Positions 38,533 through 45,203 of a stretch of 45,203 bases of DNA are shown here, piece by piece (position 1 is the first letter of the stretch; each line of letters begins with the position of its first letter). A program made the position numbers and the translations under genes. The notes under the pieces are model-generated. The model worked only from the letters and a program-made list of their open reading frames with translations, did not search any database and was not told the origin of the DNA. This DNA comes from a virus (lineage: Duplodnaviria; Caudoviricetes). The stretch lies in IMG/VR virus record IMGVR_UViG_3300020045_007096, positions 1-45,203 of that record, one strand, 5' to 3'.

Positions 38533-38870
38533 TGTTTTTTAATAAAAAGGTGAAAGATATAATACCTTGCTATAAATGTGGAGACCCAAGTAAAGAACCT
38601 AATTTACAGGGTGATTATATTTGTGAATCATGTCACATAATAAGTATAACAGAAATGAATTGTAATCCTAAAGAAAGTAAGTTTGACAAAATGCGGTCTT
38701 ACATTTGGTATTATGGATTAGAAGAGAATGGTCTCATTTGGTATAAAAAGGCACGTGAAAAGTTGATTAAAGAATTTGATATGCAAAATAAGTTAGTAGA
38801 GGAAGAAGAAAATAGAAAACGTAAAATAATAAAAGATGATGTGTCAAGGTGGATAAAATGGCGAAATTAA
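38532..38870 (+). CDS. Hypothetical zinc-finger protein
   Basis: CYKCG...CESC. Confidence 0.6.
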   Translation: MFFNKKVKDIIPCYKCGDPSKEPNLQGDYICESCHIISITEMNCNPKESKFDKMRSYIWYYGLEENGLIWYKKAREKLIKEFDMQNKLVEEEENRKRKIIKDDVSRWIKWRN

Positions 38871-39121
38871 TTCATATAAGAGAAATGGGTAAGTTTGAAG
38901 TATTTAGTGACGCCGTAGAAGGTGCTTATAGGGAAAAGTTAGGTGAAGCATCAGAGGAATGGGTTGCTGAAAGGATAATCAAAATGAAGCAGGAAGTTGA
39001 CAAGACTAATTACCTCTACAATATGTTCGAAAGGTTGTCAGATAAACTTGTAAAAGATGTTATAATGCTGTTGATGAAAGACTTAAAGAATTTAATAGTC
39101 TCAAGATACACAAACAACTGA
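38858..39121 (+). CDS. Hypothetical helical protein
   Basis: AGGTGG RBS. Confidence 0.55.
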   Translation: MAKLIHIREMGKFEVFSDAVEGAYREKLGEASEEWVAERIIKMKQEVDKTNYLYNMFERLSDKLVKDVIMLLMKDLKNLIVSRYTNN

Positions 39122-39191
39122 ATGAAACAAATGAAGAGCTTGCAAATATCAAGTTAGCTATACGTAAAATTTAAAAAAGGTGGATATTCAT

Positions 39192-40517
39192 ATGAACAAA
39201 TTAATCGTTGCTTATATTGGTCAGGATGTGCAGGATTTCATTCCACTATCTTTAGACAGCATCAAAGACGTAGCGGACGCCATTGTGTTTGTTGACGGTG
39301 GGAGTAAGGATAAGACTTTGGAGATTTTAAAAGAATATAATTTTGTTATTCCAGACGGAGTTGGAGATGATGATTTCTCAAAAAATAGATGGTTAATTAA
39401 CAGGAGGTATGAACATGAACACGTGGGAGCTAACGGGAGAGCAAGGAATTGTTACCTTGATTTTGTTAAGAAACATTATGAGGGGTGGTGGTGTTTAGTT
39501 CTTGACCCAGATGAAGTAGTACAAAATGCAGATGGTATCAAGGAAACTATACTCCATTTGGAAGAAATATACAAAGAGGAGATTCAGGTTTATAGTCCGA
39601 AGATGAGGCATTTAATCGGAAACTTAGCTACAGAAGACGCAGTGCTTCCAAAACACTACTGCCCCGGAAGATTCTTTAAAGTTCATTCTTCTCTTTATTA
39701 TGAAGAAGTTGAGCATCCAGTAATAGGAACAAAAGACACATATAGGTGGATGTATATTGAGACATTTACTATCTGGCATTTGGCGTATGCAAAAGAAATG
39801 TTTAGTATCAAGAAAAGATATGACAATCACATGCTTAAATCTAATATGCACACACCAGAGTATTTAAGGCAATGGTATACTGCACATATCTTCGGAAAGT
39901 ATCCAGTTTCACAATTCAATCCAACAGAATTGCCAGAACCAGTAAAGAAGTTCTTTGAAATTATAGATGATGAAATATATTTCCACGGAAGAGGGTTAGA
40001 AACGAAGCATTTCATTGATGCTTATAACTGGAAGTACTTTTTTGCAATAGAAGAAAATGATAGAATAATTGAATTTGGTGCAGGTCTCGGTCCAAGAGTT
40101 TTAGCTATGAATCTTTTAGGAATGACTGCCGAAGGAGTAGAATTGAGTCAATGGGCAGTTGACAACAGATTAACTCATAGTATCACTGCACAGGTAACAC
40201 AAGGAGATATAACTACTTTCAATGACGGAGTTGAAAGAAAGTTAGCTATTGCTTACGATGTGCTTGAGCATTTGGATTATTCTGAGTTAGACAAAGCAAT
40301 AGAAACTCTCAAGAATCACGGTAAGTACATTCTTATCTCTGTACCCACTATCGGTGACCCAAACTTGGAAGCAGACCCCACTCACAAAATTAAAGAAACA
40401 AAAGAATGGTGGGTTGAGCAGTTTACAAAGAAAGGATTGAAACAAATACCTACTCCGCCGCATTTCTTATTCAAGGACCAAGTGTTAATATTTGAGAAGG
40501 TGTTTAACAATGACTGA
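39192..40517 (+). CDS. GT2 glycosyltransferase fused to a SAM methyltransferase domain
   Basis: VDGGSKDKT, ARN, LDPDE, VHS/VEH; then IIEFGAGLG, GVELS, DVLEHL. Confidence 0.88.
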   Translation: MNKLIVAYIGQDVQDFIPLSLDSIKDVADAIVFVDGGSKDKTLEILKEYNFVIPDGVGDDDFSKNRWLINRRYEHEHVGANGRARNCYLDFVKKHYEGWWCLVLDPDEVVQNADGIKETILHLEEIYKEEIQVYSPKMRHLIGNLATEDAVLPKHYCPGRFFKVHSSLYYEEVEHPVIGTKDTYRWMYIETFTIWHLAYAKEMFSIKKRYDNHMLKSNMHTPEYLRQWYTAHIFGKYPVSQFNPTELPEPVKKFFEIIDDEIYFHGRGLETKHFIDAYNWKYFFAIEENDRIIEFGAGLGPRVLAMNLLGMTAEGVELSQWAVDNRLTHSITAQVTQGDITTFNDGVERKLAIAYDVLEHLDYSELDKAIETLKNHGKYILISVPTIGDPNLEADPTHKIKETKEWWVEQFTKKGLKQIPTPPHFLFKDQVLIFEKVFNND

Positions 40518-41316
40518 AATAGATATACTCGTTCCAAGTAAAAACAGAGTAGCGGAGATATGTGTAATGATGCAGTCACTTAGGACTCAGACTTTCAAGA
40601 ACTGGAATTTATTTATTTTGGACAACTGCTCCCAAGTTTCTTATGCAAGTAACCATCTGTTTAATGTCATAGTTTCAAGGTTAAGGTTGGAAGGTCACAA
40701 GGTAAAATTATTAAGGAATGAAATAGACTACGGCAACTGCTTCAACAGAAACCGTCTTAACGAGATACAATTAAAAGAAGGCACAGGAAACTTAAGTATG
40801 AGGCTCGATGATGATATACTCGTAGAGCCAGATTACATAGAAAGACTGCTTAAAGTAATAGAAAGTGGTTATGATATTGCTTCCGGTGTAACTCCGTTAT
40901 GCGGTATGCCGGAATGGGAAAGAGAAGTAAAAGTTCTCGATGGAGAAATAAACAAAACGAGGTTTGATGAAGATGGAAATATACTTGTCTTTGGTGATGA
41001 CTGTGGGTACTCATACATTGAATCCAAAATATTCCCAGCAGGTCACTTTCGTTCCTGTGCATTATACAAATCTGAAATTAATGGAAAAGTCAGATACCCA
41101 GATAACCTCAGCAAGTACGGTTTCAGGGAAGAGTCATTCTTTAGTCTAAAGTGCAGGATACTTGGATACAAAATAGGTGTTGACACAGGAGCAAAAGTTT
41201 ATCATATCCAAACTCCGAGTGGCGGGTCAAGAGAGATAACAAATAATGAATCCATAGGGATGGACGATGCTACATTCAGGAAATGGGTCAAGAAGAGATT
41301 CAAGGAGATAAAATGA
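40510..41316 (+). CDS. GT2 glycosyltransferase
   Basis: IDILVPSKNR, ILDN, RLDDDI, REES. Confidence 0.88.
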   Translation: MTEIDILVPSKNRVAEICVMMQSLRTQTFKNWNLFILDNCSQVSYASNHLFNVIVSRLRLEGHKVKLLRNEIDYGNCFNRNRLNEIQLKEGTGNLSMRLDDDILVEPDYIERLLKVIESGYDIASGVTPLCGMPEWEREVKVLDGEINKTRFDEDGNILVFGDDCGYSYIESKIFPAGHFRSCALYKSEINGKVRYPDNLSKYGFREESFFSLKCRILGYKIGVDTGAKVYHIQTPSGGSREITNNESIGMDDATFRKWVKKRFKEIK

Positions 41317-41465
41317 CAAAGCCGTTCGAATGGTTGAAAGATTTTGGTGGGAATAATCACAGTTCCTATTGTAACAGTTGCAAGGAAAACACTAAATCAA
41401 TCAACAGTAGGGGACAAGTTCGATGTCAAGAGTGCATGCACTTGAAAGGATTAATGAGTGGGTGA
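41313..41465 (+). CDS. Small zinc-ribbon protein
   Basis: CNSC...CQEC. Confidence 0.5.
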   Translation: MTKPFEWLKDFGGNNHSSYCNSCKENTKSINSRGQVRCQECMHLKGLMSG

Positions 41466-41469
41466 AATA

Positions 41470-42570
41470 ATGATAAACATAATAGGAGATATATTCAATC
41501 AGTCAGGTTATAGCAGTCATGTCAGACAACTTGCTAATTCTCTCTACAAATTAAACAACCAAGTACATATTGATACGATGAAACCAAATGATTGGGTAAG
41601 GAATGTAAATGATGCAGAACTAAAGATGGTAAGTTCTGAATACATAGAAAAAGGAGTAGATGTAATGATTAATATTCCGCCGTTTTGGGCTTATCCTCTT
41701 TCTCATAAACCTAAGAAATTCATAGGATATTGCGTCTGGGAAGGTAAGAATACTCCAAAGTTCTGGAATAAATATATTTTAGACAATAGAGTTGACGCTA
41801 TAGTAGTTCCCTCTACTCATACAAGAAATGCTTTATTTGCAAGTGCAGATGAGAAAGATTATGAAAAGTTGATAAAGAAAGTGCATGTAGTCCCACACGG
41901 AGTAAACACCAAGATATTCTGCCCGGGAAGGCAAAGAACTGATAAGTTTGTTTTTGTTGGAAACAAGGGTTGGGCACAGGGAATAAATGACAGAGGTGGA
42001 GTTCAGTTCTTATTGAAGGCTTTTTGTGAAGAGTTCAAGAACGAAACAGATGTAGAATTAATCCTCAAGATAAACATAGCGTATTGTGGTCCCGGATGGA
42101 ATTTACCCAATGAATTAAGCAAGATAGGTATAACACCAGATGATACAAAAAATGTAAGATTTGTGCCTCAAAACGTCGAATATCATAGGTTAGCTGAGTT
42201 ATATCAGCAAGGACATTGCTTTGTAAGTCCAAGTATGGGTGATGCTTTTAATATACCTTGTTTAGAAGCCATGGCATGCGGATTGCCAGTAATTACAACA
42301 GATTTTGGTGGGCAGACTGATTTTGTAAATGAAACTAATGGGTGGATTGTAGCAACAACACCAGTTGATGTTACTTGGGATATGATGTATGAGAGTAATA
42401 GTTGGGGAACACCAGATATAGGAGGTCTCAAGAAGGCTATGAGAGAAGCTTATACAAATAGGTCTATGACTGCTGAAAAGGGAAGTAAAGCACTGGAAAC
42501 TGCAAAGAAGCTGACTTGGGAACACTCTGCAAATATGCTTAAATCACTCATAGATGAAATGATTATATAA
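41470..42570 (+). CDS. GT4 glycosyltransferase
   Basis: SGYS, VVPS, VVPHGVN, DAFNIPCLEAMACGLPVITT, LTWE. Confidence 0.9.
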   Translation: MINIIGDIFNQSGYSSHVRQLANSLYKLNNQVHIDTMKPNDWVRNVNDAELKMVSSEYIEKGVDVMINIPPFWAYPLSHKPKKFIGYCVWEGKNTPKFWNKYILDNRVDAIVVPSTHTRNALFASADEKDYEKLIKKVHVVPHGVNTKIFCPGRQRTDKFVFVGNKGWAQGINDRGGVQFLLKAFCEEFKNETDVELILKINIAYCGPGWNLPNELSKIGITPDDTKNVRFVPQNVEYHRLAELYQQGHCFVSPSMGDAFNIPCLEAMACGLPVITTDFGGQTDFVNETNGWIVATTPVDVTWDMMYESNSWGTPDIGGLKKAMREAYTNRSMTAEKGSKALETAKKLTWEHSANMLKSLIDEMII

Positions 42571-42615
42571 TCCTATGCAAAGATATATATACAAGTAATA
42601 TATCAGAAATATATT
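42561..42615 (+). promoter_or_regulatory. Promoter with GATTATATAATC palindrome
   Basis: Palindrome 42561-42572, TATATATA at 42584, AAATATATT then ATG. Confidence 0.75.
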
Positions 42616-42831
42616 ATGATAGAGATAGTAGAAAAGACCAAAGAAACAGAAACTGTGCAAGTGCAGATTAAAAGCAACAAGGGTCATTCAAGAAGTTTCA
42701 CAATCAGGGGTTTGGGAGTAGATTACATATTCGGTCTGTTTTTCACTATAATAGAAAAGCTGACTCAGACAGACAGTAATAAGGTTCAAATCACCTGCTA
42801 CAAGCCACCACGAGAAGAGGATGAAAAATGA
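42616..42831 (+). CDS. Hypothetical protein
   Basis: First gene after the promoter. Confidence 0.6.
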   Translation: MIEIVEKTKETETVQVQIKSNKGHSRSFTIRGLGVDYIFGLFFTIIEKLTQTDSNKVQITCYKPPREEDEK

Positions 42832-43133
42832 CAGAAGAAATAATTAAGGAAACATTGAATGAAGAATCAAGGAATGTGCTTGAAAGTAGATTAACAAGAA
42901 TGAAAGAGCAGATGCACGACATAGGCATCCAAGTAAGGGAAATAGACTTTCATGTCAATGAGCTTCTTGATTTAAACCTCAAGCTTAGGAAAAGAACTCT
43001 TGCAGAAAAGAGACACGAGCTAATGAGCGAAGCAAACACACTTGCAATGTCCATTGCAGAACTTCAAAAAGTTCTGTTTAACAACGGATACAACGTTAAA
43101 ATAAACAAGGAGAGTGACGAGAAAGATGGCTGA
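42828..43133 (+). CDS. Coiled-coil protein
   Basis: Heptad pattern; ATGA coupling. Confidence 0.65.
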   Translation: MTEEIIKETLNEESRNVLESRLTRMKEQMHDIGIQVREIDFHVNELLDLNLKLRKRTLAEKRHELMSEANTLAMSIAELQKVLFNNGYNVKINKESDEKDG

Positions 43134-43593
43134 TAATTTAGATATTGAAAGAGAAGTAAAGCCCGGAGAAGCAAACTTCAAGAAAGTAGGAGAAAAGACA
43201 TTCGATAGGATGTTTAGGGACAATCTTGTAATGTTCGAGCAGAAGTACACAAAATTACATCAACCTTTCGACAGAGCCTGTGCAAAGCTTGATTTTGAAG
43301 ACAAATACAAAAGTATAATGAAGGAAACTGAAAGAAGGGAAGGTTCAGTTGATTACAAAGATTTGAAAATAGATATGGGAGATTTGGACAGGTATGCTGA
43401 CCCAAAGAGATTCACAAAATTGACAGAATCACAGGATGAAGTAAATAGGACAGTTGACGGTGTAACTACGCCAGTAATCATAAGCGTAACTGAGTCATTT
43501 GTCTGCAAACACAGAGGACATAAGATTTCAGTTGCTACGCCTATTACTGATTGGAGAAAAGCACATCCAGAGGCTACAGTTGTTAACAAATAA
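43126..43593 (+). CDS. Hypothetical protein
   Basis: Overlaps the upstream stop; charged. Confidence 0.65.
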   Translation: MADNLDIEREVKPGEANFKKVGEKTFDRMFRDNLVMFEQKYTKLHQPFDRACAKLDFEDKYKSIMKETERREGSVDYKDLKIDMGDLDRYADPKRFTKLTESQDEVNRTVDGVTTPVIISVTESFVCKHRGHKISVATPITDWRKAHPEATVVNK

Positions 43594-43671
43594 GAAAGGG
43601 CATTTTGATTTATGGACTGGTATTGGTACGTTCATAATCATATCCTTATTATATTTGAGGGATGATATTAT

Positions 43672-43806
43672 ATGGCTTGTGCAGAAATGCGTAAAGAGTT
43701 GGAAAGGAAGTTAGGAAGAAAACTGACTGAGAAAGAAAAGAAAGAAATAATGGCAATGCACGGTCACGTGCATGCAGAAGAGGAAGAGTTATTAGTAGCT
43801 TGTTAA
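43672..43806 (+). CDS. 44-aa ORF (not in the ORF track)
   Basis: GAGGGATGA upstream; MACAEMRKELERKLGRKLTEKE... Confidence 0.5.
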   Translation: MACAEMRKELERKLGRKLTEKEKKEIMAMHGHVHAEEEELLVAC

Positions 43807-44264
43807 AACCACCAAATTTATATATTACCTATATCTACATTTAACTTAAGGCTGTGCAACTGCCTAATGGGGTAAAGTAGTAGTTTACCCCTTTGTTTCT
43901 TATGGGTCCATCAAAAACCAACTTAACCTAAATTTCAAGTGTGTACACATAGTGTACACACACAATTTATATATATTATAGATATTAAGAATATAATATA
44001 TATAATAATAAAATAGAAATATTTATATATTAATTATAATATATTTTTCTTATGGAAGAAATTGGAGATTTCAGTTGCTCAAAACACTGTAGTTAAGACT
44101 CAAAGTTCAGGTTACACGCAAGGCAGTTTGTAACTTGATGGAGTCTGGACAGGTGTTTCAGATGAGAAAGAAGTTAATGGATTGTGCAATCCACGGATTG
44201 TCACTTTTCAGATGTAAAAGAAAGTATAGAAAAAAGAACAAGGAAGAGCACTACAGATAACATA

Positions 44265-44335
44265 CGTCCCCAAGCGGATTCGGACCGCTATTTGCTCGTT
44301 AGAAGCGAGCTGTTCTTCCATTATACTATGGGGAC
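44265..44335 (-). tRNA. tRNA-Arg (UCU)
   Basis: Acceptor GTCCCCA/TGGGGAC; anticodon arm GCTCG-CTTCTAA-CGAGC. Confidence 0.85.
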
Positions 44336-44339
44336 TTGA

Positions 44340-44411
44340 CGCCTATGGACAGACTCGAACTGCCACCCTTTGTGTTAACAGCACAACGCTCCACCATTGA
44401 GCTACACAGGC
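44340..44411 (-). tRNA. tRNA-Asn (GUU)
   Basis: GCCTGTG/CATAGGC; TTGTG-CTGTTAA-CACAA; GTTCGAG T-loop. Confidence 0.9.
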
Positions 44412-44412
44412 A

Positions 44413-44838
44413 TTATGGATTTGATTTCCAAAACTTTGACTTTCTTAAGTAATGTGCTTTTCTTTCTTCGTCCCAAGCTTCCATTCTTGAGAGATTTGAT
44501 AATCTATCTGCGAACTTTATTAATATTGCGTCTTTACTGTGCAGTCGTGGAAAGTAATAACCTACTTCATCTTTCTTGCCTTCGTGCGTCACTTCCATAA
44601 CTAAGTCTGCAACTCTCTGACCAAAGTTTTCTTTTAACTCTTCATAAGTGGTATCTGTATCTTCTATAGTATCATGCAATAGACCAGCAACCCATATTTC
44701 CTCATCGTCAGTTATATTTCTCAATATACTTTCAACTTGCAAGATATGGGTATCAAAATATGATTTCCCACAATCGTCAAGTTGTCCTTGATGTTTCTCT
44801 GCTCCAAACCTAATTGCCTTAATTCTCAACTCTGTCAT
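44413..44838 (-). CDS. Stand-alone SpoT/Mesh1-like HD hydrolase (small alarmone hydrolase family)
   Basis: HQGQ, Y..HI..V, AGLLHDTIEDT, FG..VA.LV.EVT, IKFADRLSNL; AGGAGTGA RBS. Confidence 0.88.
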   Translation of the reverse strand: MTELRIKAIRFGAEKHQGQLDDCGKSYFDTHILQVESILRNITDDEEIWVAGLLHDTIEDTDTTYEELKENFGQRVADLVMEVTHEGKKDEVGYYFPRLHSKDAILIKFADRLSNLSRMEAWDEERKAHYLRKSKFWKSNP

Positions 44839-44854
44839 ATTCTCACTCCTTTAA

Positions 44855-44925
44855 TGCAACGTAAGGGAATTGAACCCTTCCTACAAGTTTGGAAGACTCG
44901 TGTGCAGCCATTACACCAACGATGC
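44855..44925 (-). tRNA. tRNA-Gly (UCC)
   Basis: GCATCGT/ACGTTGC; CGAGT-CTTCCAA-ACTTG; GGTTCAATTCC. Confidence 0.88.
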
Positions 44926-44928
44926 GTA

Positions 44929-45009
44929 CGCCATGACTCGGATTCGAACCGAGAAACCCGAAGATTACAGATTAGCAATCTGTTGAGCGTACCGTCGCTC
45001 ACTCACGGC
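44929..45009 (-). tRNA. tRNA-Ser (GCU)
   Basis: GCCGTGA/TCATGGC; ACAGA-TTGCTAA-TCTGT; variable arm with TTCG loop. Confidence 0.85.
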
Positions 45010-45012
45010 AAA

Positions 45013-45093
45013 CGATGAGGACAGGAATTGCACCTGCATATCTTTCGACTTAGTTTTCAAGACTAACGGACTCACTACCTGTCCAACCTCACC
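45013..45093 (-). tRNA. tRNA-Ser (UGA)
   Basis: GGTGAGG/CCTCATC; TTAGT-CTTGAAA-ACTAA; variable arm with GAAA loop. Confidence 0.8.
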
Positions 45094-45096
45094 ATA

Positions 45097-45171
45097 CCAG
45101 TCCGATGCGATTCGAACGCATGACCAATGGGTTAAAAGCCCACCGCTCTACGCAGGCTGAGCTACGGACTG
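45097..45171 (-). tRNA. tRNA-Lys (UUU)
   Basis: CAGTCCG/CGGACTG; GTGGG-CTTTTAA-CCCAT; GTTCGAATC. Confidence 0.88.
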
Positions 45172-45178
45172 ATTATGA

Positions 45179-45203
45179 TGCCGACGAGAGGATTTGAACC
45201 TCT
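45179..45203 (-). tRNA. 3' end of a further tRNA, cut by the window edge
   Basis: AGAGGTTCAAATCCTCTCGTCGGCA is a T-arm plus the 3' acceptor strand. Confidence 0.7.

Larger units (their letters stand above)
9202..45203. mobile_element. Archaeal head-tail (Caudoviricetes, siphovirus-like) virus, partial genome
   Basis: Full TerL-portal-protease-MCP-tail gene order, no sheath; archaeal promoters and RBS; replication genes not in the window. Confidence 0.9.

Noticed and set aside
75-43589. Numerous minus-strand and alternate-frame ORFs in the track (e.g. 627..983, 15388..15693, 19253..19609, 96..449)
   Set aside because: They are shadows of well-supported plus-strand genes with no motifs or RBS
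44265-44335. Possible amber suppressor tRNA (CTA occurs in the loop)
   Set aside because: The 5-bp stem GCTCG/CGAGC gives loop CTTCTAA with central anticodon TCT (Arg); genes end at TAG normally, so there is no sign of recoding
44397-45018. Plus-strand ORFs 44397..44600 and 44782..45018
   Set aside because: They are antisense to the HD gene and tRNAs
1-45203. CRISPR array or mini-array
   Set aside because: No regularly spaced 25-40 bp repeats seen; the repeated palindrome is dispersed and promoter-linked

Overview
AT-rich, almost entirely + strand viral DNA with archaeal-type signals (TTTATATA TATA boxes, GGTGA/GAGGTGA ribosome-binding sites, tRNAs without encoded CCA). A DPANN-like host is a guess and is not shown by the sequence. 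The window has three parts. (1) About 1-6534: a membrane-virus-like module with two hairpin-type hydrophobic proteins resembling spindle-shaped-virus capsid proteins, a 1161-aa secreted, C-terminally anchored, sequon-rich spike-like protein, small membrane proteins and a zinc-ribbon tyrosine recombinase. A mosaic of small accessory ORFs follows to about 9165. (2) About 9200-43800: the late region of an HK97-type, siphovirus-like head-tail virus. Order: epimerase, glycosyltransferase, ParB, TerS, TerL, portal-MuF fusion, protease/scaffold, decoration proteins, MCP, connectors, tail tube, very short tape measure, Dit-like, hub-like, holin-like genes, then a glycosyltransferase/methyltransferase/B12-radical-SAM block. 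(3) 44265-45203: a minus-strand tRNA array (Arg, Asn, Gly, Ser, Ser, Lys, one truncated) with a Mesh1/SpoT-like HD hydrolase gene inside it. Most striking: signal-peptide-bearing, N-x-S/T-rich proteins sit inside the head and tail gene blocks of a tailed virus. The largest (1260 aa) shares a clearly homologous ~310-aa N-terminal domain with the spike of the left-hand element. A perfect palindrome GATTATATAATC lies exactly 11 bp upstream of the TATA box at four promoters. All product calls come from motifs and gene order read by eye; no searches were run.
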